Shown: piece after piece, positions 36,668-48,614 of the stretch
Position numbering within the stretch: the first letter of the stretch is position 1
Layout of the letters: each line of letters begins with the position of its first letter
Assembly: GCA_964453655.1 (NCBI GenBank)
Contig: CAYVSP010000001.1
Location: forward strand, 645 to 64,644
Direction of reading: 5' to 3'
Source: an uncultured Candidatus Saccharibacteria bacterium
GTDB lineage: Bacteria; Patescibacteriota; Saccharimonadia; Saccharimonadales; CAYVSP01
Length of the DNA stretch: 64,000 nucleotides
Notes under the pieces: generated by a model
Told to the model about the DNA's origin: nothing
Databases searched by the model: none
The model's input: the letters and a program-made list of their open reading frames with translations, nothing else
Program-made: the position numbers and the translations under genes

Positions 36668-36771
36668 GCTGGGGCAAGGAGGAGTCCTGGGAGATCAAAC
36701 AAAAAGCGCACCCAAAAGGCGAAGTAGCCGGCGACTACAAAATATAAACGCTTCTTCAGTTTAGAAAGCAT
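36664..36771 (-). pseudogene. Orphan 35-codon fragment paralogous to the 5' end of the Mur-ligase gene at 33865..35148.
   Basis: Translation MLSKLKKRLYFVVAGYFAFWVRFLF matches MYMLHAFKKRLYFVVASYFAFWARFVL. About 75% nucleotide identity over ~70 nt with 35080-35150. Confidence 0.5.
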
Positions 36772-36817
36772 CTTACCTAGTATTTTACCTTATATTGCTT
36801 CCGTTAACGTGACTAGT

Positions 36818-37465
36818 CTAATTTGGCAGCTCAAAGATCTCGGGTCCAAGTTTTTTTGCTTTCGCGGTAGTAAGTTTTTGACATTTAATGTCTGGGTTAA
36901 GCCTTACTCTTGGATTACTTTCCTCGCCAGCTTTTCTTACTTCAAGGTTTATTAAATTAAATTCTCTTTCTTTATAAAAAGATGAATTTATTGCTTCTAT
37001 TTTTTCGAATAGTTGGCTGGAGTCGTTAATTTCACTAACTCCGCTCAGCAGGGCTAGTAACTGTCTAGTTGTCGCAGTTGCCGCAGGATCCATAGCATAT
37101 AGTAGTCGCAATATTTTATCTGTAGGCTCATCGACATCAAGCTCAGTATCATCTAGTACAAAGGTTTCTTTTTCGAAATCGAAAGATAAAATGGGTCGTG
37201 GTTTAACGGTTTCACCGGCTTCATTCGGTGAAACATCTGATCCCCCATCATCAGCTGATTCACGGGGTGTTTCAGGTGTTTTGCCAGAAGAGTCTGTAGA
37301 GGTAAAATTGTTAGCTTCATCACTCGCAACTGTCTCCTTAAAACTTACATTTTCAGGTAATACTATTCCGTCGAGCAGTCGTGCACTGACTTCCCTCAAC
37401 CAAGCTGCTCTTTCAGCAGGATTTGCATTAGGATTAAGCCTAGGGTACTCAGGCGAATCAGGCAT
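36818..37465 (-). CDS. Hypothetical acidic protein, possibly leaderless.
   Basis: 215-aa ORF. A predicted extended -10 sequence sits 8 nt upstream of the ATG. Confidence 0.4.
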   Translation of the reverse strand: MPDSPEYPRLNPNANPAERAAWLREVSARLLDGIVLPENVSFKETVASDEANNFTSTDSSGKTPETPRESADDGGSDVSPNEAGETVKPRPILSFDFEKETFVLDDTELDVDEPTDKILRLLYAMDPAATATTRQLLALLSGVSEINDSSQLFEKIEAINSSFYKEREFNLINLEVRKAGEESNPRVRLNPDIKCQKLTTAKAKKLGPEIFELPN

Positions 37466-37473
37466 AATACATT

Positions 37474-37502
37474 ATTATACCATTTTTCTTACCCAAATAC
37501 AA
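37474..37502 (-). promoter_or_regulatory. Putative sigma-70-type promoter (TTGTAT, 17 nt, TGGTATAAT) for the 36818..37465 gene.
   Basis: Read on the minus strand: TTGTATTTGGGTAAGAAAAATGGTATAAT, ending 8 nt before the start codon. Confidence 0.35.
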
Positions 37503-37537
37503 TAATCCGTTTCTCTCGCGATATTAGCAAGATGCCT

Positions 37538-37652
37538 AGGGGCCCCACGACAAGAGGATTTGTCATGGGGAAAGGAGGAACAATACAAGGCCCCACTAAA
37601 TTTGCGTTACTTGTTCGCGTAAATTTCAAGCGGGGCTGATATTAGTTCCGAC
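37538..37652 (-). repeat. Two-hairpin intergenic element, copy 1 (terminator-like module).
   Basis: Hairpin CCCCACGACAA-GAGGATT-TTGTCATGGGG, conserved spacer AAAGGAGGAACAATACAAG, second hairpin GCCCCACTAAATTTGCG...CGCGTAAATTTCAAGCGGGGC, then GTTCCGACG. Confidence 0.6.
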
Positions 37653-37735
37653 GTGGTGGAGTCTCTCCGGTATAACCTTTGAGACCCCATGCAAAAACAA
37701 TACTAACAGTGAGTTATAACACGCGCAAGCAATCA

Positions 37736-38659
37736 TTACTGAATTTGTTGGAGACGGTTTTGTAGTTCAGTTATAGGAATCGTGCTTGAAGGTATATCCA
37801 CAATCTTTTGAAGACCATAGCCTGAATAGGTTTCCTGCCTATTTGCGCCATGATAATTGATGCTTAATAATTGCCTGGACAACACGTCTACCTTAAATTC
37901 AAGTTGCTGCGCAGGCCTCTGCGCATAAGCCGCCGGCTCAACATTATCTAGTTGTTTTAGGCCTAAGTCATGGCCAAATTCCTTTAACATCGCTATGTAA
38001 GCGGCCGGTTTTACATTGACAGTGTAGGTATATACCGGCCGGCCGTGTTCTAGCTTGTAAACCGCTTTAGCGTAATCTGTGTTGTACACATCCTTATCCC
38101 TTATTGTATTCAATAAATGTTTTCGCGTTTCACTGTTAAGTTTGGCAAAGGGCACGATACCTACAACACTCTCATTGAATAATTGTGCGGCCGACTGTCC
38201 ACCGAGTGAAGACGATTCACCTTTTGCCCAAACGTTCAGCACATTTGAAAAGTTTATTGGTTTGCCGTTGGCGCTCATTTGAGGAGTAGTAATCTCGCGG
38301 TAACGTAAGTAGTCAGCCTCTAGCGTGCCAATGCTTTCAGTCACCACTTTGTCATTACTGCTTTGCCCTGGCTGAGTTAGTGTAGTTAGCGTATGAGCAG
38401 TGTTTTGAGTACCTAAGCTAAGCGTTGTGGTTTGATCAAGCGTTCCCTCTTCACTCGCCTGTGCAACATGTCGAGTAACACTACCTGTCTCTAGATTAAG
38501 ACTAAGCATATCCTGAAAAGTGCGCTGAGGATCGCTGTAGATACGGCGCCAATAAACTCCGGCACAGGCAATCCCTATGACAACTATAAGTAGAGCAAGT
38601 ATTAGCAACCGCCCTTTTGACCAAAACGGTCGTTTTTTGAGTGTGCGCTGTTTAACCAT
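37736..38659 (-). CDS. Membrane-anchored hypothetical protein (N-terminal TM, extracytoplasmic domain).
   Basis: RLLILALLIVVIGIACAGVYW TM helix followed by a Ser/Thr/Gln-rich linker. Confidence 0.45.
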   Translation of the reverse strand: MVKQRTLKKRPFWSKGRLLILALLIVVIGIACAGVYWRRIYSDPQRTFQDMLSLNLETGSVTRHVAQASEEGTLDQTTTLSLGTQNTAHTLTTLTQPGQSSNDKVVTESIGTLEADYLRYREITTPQMSANGKPINFSNVLNVWAKGESSSLGGQSAAQLFNESVVGIVPFAKLNSETRKHLLNTIRDKDVYNTDYAKAVYKLEHGRPVYTYTVNVKPAAYIAMLKEFGHDLGLKQLDNVEPAAYAQRPAQQLEFKVDVLSRQLLSINYHGANRQETYSGYGLQKIVDIPSSTIPITELQNRLQQIQ

Positions 38660-38679
38660 GCAAGTATTGTATCAGTATG

Positions 38680-38756
<77 letters not shown>

Positions 38757-38951
38757 TTAGAACGCATGCGATTATAACAGATAAACGAATGGAGCTAAAC
38801 CATCTGCCGCGTATTGAAAGCAGTGGGGCAAGCTCAGGGATACGCACGTAATAGGGCTACCTAAATAGCTCTGTGGACAACTCCTTGCAATACGAACCAA
38901 ACCAGAGGACAATTGTTAACAATGTAAACCGTAAGCGGAAAACAAAAAATC

Positions 38952-39557
38952 ATGGCAGGCAAAAAGAAACAAAGTCGACTAGGGAGGTTAGGACGTGCGC
39001 TAAGACCAAATTCGAGACTAAAACAGTTAGTGCTCTTTGTAGCCGTGTTTGGCTTAGTGGGTGGAGGAGTCTATCTATATAAGAGCTACGCGTACGATGT
39101 CAATGCTTGCAGTCACCAATGGTTTGGTTATGGTACGACTGGGCCGTGCGTTAGGGAGGTTCAATATTTAGCTAACTATCTAGCGGGGCATCAGCCGCAG
39201 AACGGCTTCCCTTATAGCTATAAGTGGTTGACACCAGATGGACAGTATGGCTCCAAAACTCAAGATCGTATCTATGAAATGAAGAGTCAGTATCTATTTA
39301 CCCATCCAACGTCAGGAATGCCTGTAAACGGAAATGTAGACTTCGATGCTTGGAAATTACTTTGTGGTTACAGTCGTTGGGCTGGAATACATGTACTAAT
39401 AAAACAAGGCTCAACCATAATCATGGATTCCTATGATGCAAATGCCTATTGGTCGTGGGTCGCAGCTGAATGTGAGGATTTCTGGTGGTTCAATGGCCAG
39501 CTATCTACTCCGAACCAAGTAAAGCTGAAGCAAAACATACCGCCTAAACCTTTCTAG
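38952..39557 (+). CDS. Secreted/membrane-anchored protein with a peptidoglycan-binding-like (PG_binding_1-type) domain.
   Basis: Basic N-terminus plus a TM helix. The segment VREVQYLANYLAG...DGQYGSKTQDRIYEMKSQ...SGMPVNGNVDFDAWKLL resembles the PG-binding three-helix repeat. Confidence 0.45.
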   Translation: MAGKKKQSRLGRLGRALRPNSRLKQLVLFVAVFGLVGGGVYLYKSYAYDVNACSHQWFGYGTTGPCVREVQYLANYLAGHQPQNGFPYSYKWLTPDGQYGSKTQDRIYEMKSQYLFTHPTSGMPVNGNVDFDAWKLLCGYSRWAGIHVLIKQGSTIIMDSYDANAYWSWVAAECEDFWWFNGQLSTPNQVKLKQNIPPKPF

Positions 39558-39733
39558 ATACAGCATCATAGCAATATACCAGAAACGTTAGTTTGAATCC
39601 TGTCAAGAGAACTGATCGGACTTCAAACCACATAAACAGGGGTGAGCTAACAACAAGTTGAGTCGATAGGCACAAAAATACCCGCCACTAGTGACGGGTT
39701 TACCTCTGTTATTATCGAACGTATGTACGATCG

Positions 39734-39809
39734 TGGTGGAGTGTACCGGACTTGAACCGGTCACCTCGGCAATGCGAATGCCGCGCTCTACCAGATGAGC
39801 TAACACCCC
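39734..39809 (-). tRNA. tRNA-Ala (anticodon CGC).
   Basis: GGGGTGT acceptor with G3:U70, anticodon loop TTCGCAT, T-loop TTCAAGT, encoded CCA. Confidence 0.85.
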
Positions 39810-39850
39810 ATTTTATCCTAGTTATTATAGCAAAACCACCCCTTAGAGAA

Positions 39851-39961
39851 CCGTTTGGCGAGAGGATTCGCCAAACGGAAAGGAGCAACAACGCAAGACC
39901 CCGCCAAATTTGTGCCACTTGGTTGCGCAAATTTTAGGCGGGGTTGAAGTTTCTTGCGACG
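39851..39961 (-). repeat. Two-hairpin intergenic element, copy 2.
   Basis: CCGTTTGGCGA-GAGGATT-CGCCAAACGG, then AAAGGAGCAACAACGCAAG, then ACCCCGCCAAATTTGTGC...GCGCAAATTTTAGGCGGGGT. It follows the 40079..40630 gene and precedes tRNA-Ala. Confidence 0.6.
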
Positions 39962-40078
39962 TGCGCGCCCACCAAGCGGCGGTGCCACCCATTTTGTTTT
40001 CGTGTTTTTGTTTTCACGCGCCGCATGCGCACGAGATACTATTAAGCATAAATGTTTTCAACGTTTTGTCAATCTATG

Positions 40079-40630
40079 CTAGGAACCATGCTGCCATGCC
40101 ACTTCGCCAATCTGATGAAGCATTAAATCCATGGCTGAGTGATCGCGAATCTTAATATGTGTATCGGCTCCAGACTCTATTCGTGCAATATGGAAACCTT
40201 CAACGGGTGTTTCTAGTAATCCAGTAATATCGGGTGGCAGCGTGTCATGTCTCGATATTAAATCTGGAGCGGGTAAAACATAATGCAATTGATTGACTCC
40301 GACATATTGATCGGGCGGAATTGGTGCTTTAGATGAAATTATCTCAACCTGGCATATACCATGGACTAAGGGTTTTGCTAGCTCAACAACCGCAAACCAG
40401 CGTCCGTCTGATTTAACCTCGGCACTAGCTTTAACTTCGTGCTCTTCTCTGGCAGTCCTGAGGGTAACCTCAAAGTCGTTTGCATCCACAGTGTAGCCAA
40501 CTGTAGCAAGGCGACCTTGCGGAAGACCATATCCATCTCCAAGTTCAAGCAATTGATCAATAGTTGCAAAATCGTAACCATAAAAAAGACCGCAAGGTAC
40601 CTCTTCCTCCATAAGTATAAAATCAATCAT
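40079..40630 (-). CDS. Hypothetical protein.
   Basis: 183-aa ORF. No motif recognised. Confidence 0.4.
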   Translation of the reverse strand: MIDFILMEEEVPCGLFYGYDFATIDQLLELGDGYGLPQGRLATVGYTVDANDFEVTLRTAREEHEVKASAEVKSDGRWFAVVELAKPLVHGICQVEIISSKAPIPPDQYVGVNQLHYVLPAPDLISRHDTLPPDITGLLETPVEGFHIARIESGADTHIKIRDHSAMDLMLHQIGEVAWQHGS

Positions 40631-40666
40631 AGAAAATTATTCTACCACAATTGTCTATATCTGTCA

Positions 40667-43662
<2,996 letters not shown>

Positions 43663-44545
43663 TGCGATCTTTGATTGGCGGGTGGGTACTGAATAAATTC
43701 GCCAGGCTGTGCCCCCCCTTAAGCGGATTGGCGAAAAACAGGTGTGCTGTCGAAGCGTTCTGTCGCTTCATCGTGCTACCAACGCGCTCAATTTTAGCTA
43801 AGGCGCTTTCCAGACCTTCTGGATAACGAGTAGTCAGAGCACCGGTAGCATCTGCCAGGTATTCGCGTTGTCTGGAAACAGCCAACTGAATAAATGTAGC
43901 GACAATTGGCGCAATTATGGCGGCAGCTATGCCTAAAAAGAAAAAAAGCTGGTTATTATCATTGTCGTCGTTATTTCGAAACCAGGTCATTCTGAGCATG
44001 ATATCGGCAAACAGACTGACGATTGCTACCAATGCAAAAGCTATCATGGCAACTCTGATGTCATAATTCTTAACATGTCCCATCTCGTGCGCTATAACAC
44101 CCTCTAGCTCCTTATCGTCCATGATTTCAAGCAACCCGCTAGTGACAGCCACGGACGAGTGTCGAGGGTCGCGGCCGGTCGCAAACGCGTTAGGCGCCGG
44201 ATCATTCATGATGTAAACCTCAGGCGTAGGCAGGCCGTCAGTAATGGCTAGATTCTCCACAATTCGGTATAAGCGAGGGTTATCACGCTTAGCAATCGGA
44301 TGGGCTTGGTTTACCGCTAAAGCCAGCTTGCTGCCGGTAAAATAGCTAATAAGTACATACACTAGAGCCCCTACTATTATGAAGGGAGTTATGGATGTAT
44401 TGCCACTATAGCCAGCAAAAATCCAACCAACTAAGCCGACAAAGACAACAAATAGCAACATGATTAGTGCGGTCTTGCGTTTATTGCTTGCAATGGCGCT
44501 ATACAAAGAACTACTCCAGTCTGCTCTTATGTACTGGCATCACTC

Positions 44546-45106
44546 TTAAAATTTTACATCTGTTGGTTGTGCAATGGCAGCTTGTTCATTCTCGCCGACT
44601 TCAAAAAACTCGCGCGTTTTGAAGCCAAGCATTCCGGCAAAGATACTAGTCGGGAAAACTTTGATTTTGGTATTAAGATCACGGGCTGAACCATTATAGA
44701 ACCGTCTGGAAGCCTGGATTTTGTCCTCTGTATCAACTAATTCAGCCTGCAGTTCTTTAAAATTATCGCTAGCTTTTAGGTCAGGGTAAGCCTCGGCAAC
44801 CGCAAATAGACTTTTTAAGGCCGCTTGGAACTGGTTCTCTGCCTTGCCGGCATCAGCTGGACCTTGCGCACTAAGCGTCTTGGCGCGTGCTGCAGTTACA
44901 TCTTCAAAAACTTGTTTTTCATGCGCCGCATACCCTTTAACAGTATTAACGAGATTTGGGATAAGGTCGGCCCGTCTCTTCAGCTGGACCGTAATATCGC
45001 TCCAGGCTTCATCAACCCGTACGTTGGTACGCACTAAACCGTTATACATGACAACACCAGCCACTAGAAGCAGACCTAAAATGACCAACACTATTACAAT
45101 CGGCAT
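44546..45106 (-). CDS. lemA: LemA family protein.
   Basis: N-terminal TM plus NGLVRTNVRVDEAWSDITVQLKRRADLIPNLV, typical of LemA. It forms a pair with htpX. Confidence 0.8.
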   Translation of the reverse strand: MPIVIVLVILGLLLVAGVVMYNGLVRTNVRVDEAWSDITVQLKRRADLIPNLVNTVKGYAAHEKQVFEDVTAARAKTLSAQGPADAGKAENQFQAALKSLFAVAEAYPDLKASDNFKELQAELVDTEDKIQASRRFYNGSARDLNTKIKVFPTSIFAGMLGFKTREFFEVGENEQAAIAQPTDVKF

Positions 45107-45166
45107 CTGATTACCCCCTAAATTACCCTTTAATTATATCACTGAAGCGTACAAAAAGCTGACAAA

Positions 45167-45277
45167 CCACAAGTTGAGAGGATTCAACTTGTGGAAAGGA
45201 AGAACAACACAAAGCCCCGTTAAATTTGCACTACTAGTTCGTGCAAATTTCAAACGGGGCCGCTGTTAGTTCTGACG
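45167..45277 (-). repeat. Two-hairpin intergenic element, copy 3. It sits directly 3' of tRNA-Leu(TAA) and 5' of the lemA promoter.
   Basis: CCACAAGTTGA-GAGGATT-CAACTTGTGG, then AAAGGAAGAACAACACAAA, then GCCCCGTTAAATTTGCAC...GTGCAAATTTCAAACGGGGC, then GTTAGTTCTGACG. Confidence 0.65.
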
Positions 45278-45365
45278 TGGTGGGCGAGGTGGGACTTGAA
45301 CCCACAAGGCTTATTCAGCCAACGGATTTTAAGTCCGTCGCGTATACCAATTCCGCCACTCGCCC
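45278..45365 (-). tRNA. tRNA-Leu (anticodon TAA).
   Basis: Anticodon loop CTTAAAA, long variable arm, T-loop TTCAAGT, encoded CCA. Confidence 0.85.
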
Positions 45366-45525
45366 TTGGAGGCGCGTACGGGTAATGCTCCCGTCTACTG
45401 GGTTTTGCAGACCCATGCCTAACTTCTCGGCCAACGCGCCTTGATTTGAAAAGACGGAATAATTATAGCTTACGCTAGTTGGCGAAGGAAAAGTTAATTG
45501 TAGCGTTGGCCTTTAATTAACTTTT

Positions 45526-46143
45526 CTATTTTCGTGTTTTGCGGAAGGTTGATAGATCGTAAAAGTTGAACGAAGTAGCTTTAGGTTTAGTAGTGTTAAG
45601 TGCAATTTTAACTTCGGCTACTTTGATTTGGTTAGCATTTTGGAGATTATTGGACTTATGTCCGGTGTCGTCAGAAATATGAAGGGTTGTTTGCTTGTTA
45701 TCCTTAGCCTTCTGCAGAAACGCCGTGTCTGTAATTGTCGCAACAACCTGGTCCTCGTCTTGAGAGCCTGGATTAAAGTGCCCGAATAGGAAGTTTCCTT
45801 TATCGTCTGTTATGAACAAACCTTCGGCTTTATGAGGAACAGGTTTACCATCACTTGGGCTTAGCCCATTTCCTGGATTCATCTTTATAGTTATTTGTAT
45901 AGAATTAAGCTTCGATGTATTGATAGTTTTAACATCAACAACTGCATCGTTTCCAGTTGAACGACTAACGCAACCCCAGCGCGCGAGACAGGTAGCCGTT
46001 TCGGTACCAGGCCTTAGCTTGGCTTGAATATTAGATTTAGCTTCCGCCGTAGGTACAGCTAATATAAATCCGGCAACAACAAGTATCGCTGTTGCAGCTA
46101 TCAACTGTTTTATTCTAAAAGCTAACTTGCCCATGTAATACAT
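45526..46143 (-). CDS. Secreted hypothetical protein.
   Basis: Signal peptide AILVVAGFILAVPTAEA. The mature part is beta-rich and Asn/Thr/Lys-rich. Confidence 0.45.
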   Translation of the reverse strand: MYYMGKLAFRIKQLIAATAILVVAGFILAVPTAEAKSNIQAKLRPGTETATCLARWGCVSRSTGNDAVVDVKTINTSKLNSIQITIKMNPGNGLSPSDGKPVPHKAEGLFITDDKGNFLFGHFNPGSQDEDQVVATITDTAFLQKAKDNKQTTLHISDDTGHKSNNLQNANQIKVAEVKIALNTTKPKATSFNFYDLSTFRKTRK

Positions 46144-46218
46144 ACCTAAACTTATATATCATATCAACAATACTACTTTTATTGAATTTTGTCAAACATT
46201 TTGTCAGCTACAATGACC

Positions 46219-46677
46219 TCAGAAAAGTAAAGCCTCATTCAATGTCGTGACTTCAACTTCAGTAAGACCAAGCCCAGCAAACGGCCGGCCCGGTCTGGAG
46301 TACACAATCTCTACAGTCTGTTTCAGTCGTAGTTTACTGTCTTCGGTGCCATCATGCCTAAGCGCAAGAGCTCGTTTGCACAGAGACGTTATTGCCTCGT
46401 GTTCGGAATCTACTGCCCCCACCCGTGCTTCCATCGCCAGCAACATGGCGTCTAGTCTAGCTTCTTCATTGCTCTTTCGTTCAATGAGATCTGTCACAAA
46501 ATCTTGTGACCCAGAAAACACGCCAATAAATTCACGGCCGCTGTTGTAAGCTTCAGCGTATAGCTGTGTTGCTCTACTACCGATAGCTTGGGCCACTCTT
46601 ATCACTGGCTGAATTGGCCCCAGGATAGATTCTCTTGATAACTCGCCTGCTTTAGAACTCCTCGTTATTAACGACAA
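46219..46677 (-). CDS. Hypothetical protein.
   Basis: 152-aa ORF divergent from the large 46797..48551 gene. Confidence 0.35.
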   Translation of the reverse strand: MSLITRSSKAGELSRESILGPIQPVIRVAQAIGSRATQLYAEAYNSGREFIGVFSGSQDFVTDLIERKSNEEARLDAMLLAMEARVGAVDSEHEAITSLCKRALALRHDGTEDSKLRLKQTVEIVYSRPGRPFAGLGLTEVEVTTLNEALLF

Positions 46678-46796
46678 AAACCATTATAGAAGCGGTTCGG
46701 GGATTAAAATGCCGGAATTTTCATAGTTCTTCTCATTTTGCAATATAACAATAAACTTGCAATTAGAGTAATATTAAGGTTAAGTAGATTGTAATT

Positions 46797-48551
46797 ATGG
46801 CGGACCTTCATGTAGTACGAGACCCCTCGGGTGAATCTATGCTTGACCTTGAAAGTTGGGTCATGCATCCAGCACAGGCCGCTTACGAACTTGATCAACG
46901 ACTTAGTGATTTCATGAGCGAAGGTGGATTACGAGATCAAGCCGCTGATAGCCCTGAACGTGTTGCGGCTATTGATTCTATTCTAGACCTCTTTGATGCT
47001 TCCTTAGGAGATCGGATGGCGGACTTCTCAGTGTACGCTGGTGAAGTAGCAAGTTTTATTGATAACCATCCCGAGTTTTGCCAAATAGCTGGTCTGCAAA
47101 ACCACAGCAATGCCCCGGGCGATGAGGAAAGTTCTTCTGCTCATGTAAGAAAGCCCCCAGTAGCCGGTCGTCGAAACCTTGAACCACCGAAACCACAAGA
47201 TGTTGTCCCTCTCGAAGATGATAACGAAGTATACGCATATGTTGTCCATAGTGATATCCTAACGGCGATAGACGCCTTAAATAAGATGCGTCGGCGTGCA
47301 ATCGATGACCGCCTTATAACTGGGCAAGAAGCTGAAGTAGGCGAACGAATGCGGCTAATGACTGAAGCTCTCGTTAAATTAGGTGAGGGTACTTTTGAAG
47401 AATGTAATGAAGTAGTAGTAAGTAGATATAGCTCCCTTATAAAGCCTGGGCGGGAAAATAATCCAATACCGGTAGTTGCAGAAGAATATGTGCCACCCGT
47501 CGCGGTGGCTGTAACCGTTCCGCGTATACCAGAAAAGGGGCTATCTCCTTCGCACACACCACTCATAAGAGATCGCCCTCTGTTGCGTCCAGCTGAACAA
47601 GTTGAACCATTTACAACCGAACCGAAGCCCGCCCCAGTTGCAGCAGGAATGGGCCAAGAAGTCCTCGGAAAAGCTGGTAATCTAAATAAGGCAGATGGTC
47701 AGCCTGAATCAGTGCTACCACCAAAGTCTACCAAAAAGCGACGCCGTTTGGCTGTTGCCTTTGCCGCAGTAAAGGCCACTTTTACTCCTCGTAAACCAGC
47801 CCACGCCATCAATAGGCAAAAGCTTAACCCTTACCAGCCGATTGAGCACCATGCCAAGCCGCTTCATGCCAAAAAGCCCATCAGATCAGCAATTAAGGTA
47901 TACGCAACCAAGCTAAGCAACTTGGTTCATTCTGATAAAGACAATAACAAGCAACCTCGTGGTCTGCGAGCAAGAATCGAGTCTCACATACCACAGGGGT
48001 TACAAAATAAAATTAGCTCATTTAAAAAACGTCGAGAGCAATATGTGTATGAAGTTAAGTATGGCGACCGAAGAAGCATAGGAAAAACAGTGGGAGGTGT
48101 AGCACTCTTAAGTCTCGCACTTTATGCTGGCATAAGATCTAATAATAACGGAGAAGAACAAGCATCGCGAACCCCTCGCCCAACCGCTGCTTCACCTGCA
48201 CCGGAGACTCTTTCAACCATACCACTACCAACTGCCACAACAATTCCTGAGGCCACCGCTCCAAGTGACGATGCTGCAACAAAAACACCAGGCAACCCAT
48301 CCGCTCAGGAAACACCCGCACCTGCCATTGAGTATCATATCGTTAAACTTACGCCAGGTCTTACTCCAGAAGAAGCTGCCGTAAGACAAATGGCACGAAT
48401 AGGTTTTCCAAAAGGTAAAGACGGCAAGTTTCGATTGAAAGATGTTAGAAATTTTACCGACAGGGCACTAATGATAAGCGGCGTTACGCGAGCCGATGCC
48501 TACAACCTGCCAATAGACTTTGAGCTAAAAGTACCCAACACGCGGAGATAG
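46797..48551 (+). CDS. Large hypothetical single-pass membrane protein: cytoplasmic N-domain, basic Pro-rich linker, TM helix, extracellular Pro/Thr/Ala-rich stalk and a ~70-aa C-terminal globular domain.
   Basis: TM at GGVALLSLALYAGI followed by PTAASPAPETLSTIPLPTATTIPEATAPS. An internal antisense ORF was rejected. Confidence 0.5.
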   Translation: MADLHVVRDPSGESMLDLESWVMHPAQAAYELDQRLSDFMSEGGLRDQAADSPERVAAIDSILDLFDASLGDRMADFSVYAGEVASFIDNHPEFCQIAGLQNHSNAPGDEESSSAHVRKPPVAGRRNLEPPKPQDVVPLEDDNEVYAYVVHSDILTAIDALNKMRRRAIDDRLITGQEAEVGERMRLMTEALVKLGEGTFEECNEVVVSRYSSLIKPGRENNPIPVVAEEYVPPVAVAVTVPRIPEKGLSPSHTPLIRDRPLLRPAEQVEPFTTEPKPAPVAAGMGQEVLGKAGNLNKADGQPESVLPPKSTKKRRRLAVAFAAVKATFTPRKPAHAINRQKLNPYQPIEHHAKPLHAKKPIRSAIKVYATKLSNLVHSDKDNNKQPRGLRARIESHIPQGLQNKISSFKKRREQYVYEVKYGDRRSIGKTVGGVALLSLALYAGIRSNNNGEEQASRTPRPTAASPAPETLSTIPLPTATTIPEATAPSDDAATKTPGNPSAQETPAPAIEYHIVKLTPGLTPEEAAVRQMARIGFPKGKDGKFRLKDVRNFTDRALMISGVTRADAYNLPIDFELKVPNTRR

Positions 48552-48614
48552 CTTATCTAAGCTCCTCCCTTTAATTCTTTGTCTTAATAAAATTAAACTC
48601 TAAAAATGGTTAGC

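Noticed and set aside
37565-37590. AAGGAGG Shine-Dalgarno-like sequence in the repeat spacer as a + strand ribosome-binding site.
   Set aside because: No start codon or ORF follows in any copy. The element is better explained as a minus-strand terminator or insulator, and the sequence is the complement of a CCUCCUU tract.
39603-39937. Short ORFs (39603..39806 -, 39712..39930 -, 39752..39937 +).
   Set aside because: They overlap tRNA-Ala(CGC) and repeat copy 2. Their palindromic GC-rich hairpins generate artefactual ORFs.
45133-45165. Possible -35 (TTGTCA) for the lemA promoter.
   Set aside because: The spacer to the TATAAT is 21 nt, which is too long. Only the extended -10 (TGATATAAT) is credible.
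45241-45444. 67-aa + strand ORF.
   Set aside because: It covers tRNA-Leu(TAA) and the end of repeat copy 3.
45526-46143. GHFNPG motif reminiscent of Cu,Zn-superoxide dismutase (GPHFNP).
   Set aside because: None of the Cu/Zn-ligating His cluster or the disulfide Cys of SodC is present. I treat it as coincidental and keep the protein as a secreted hypothetical.
47141-47566. 141-aa reverse-strand ORF.
   Set aside because: It is antisense within the well-formed 584-aa gene.
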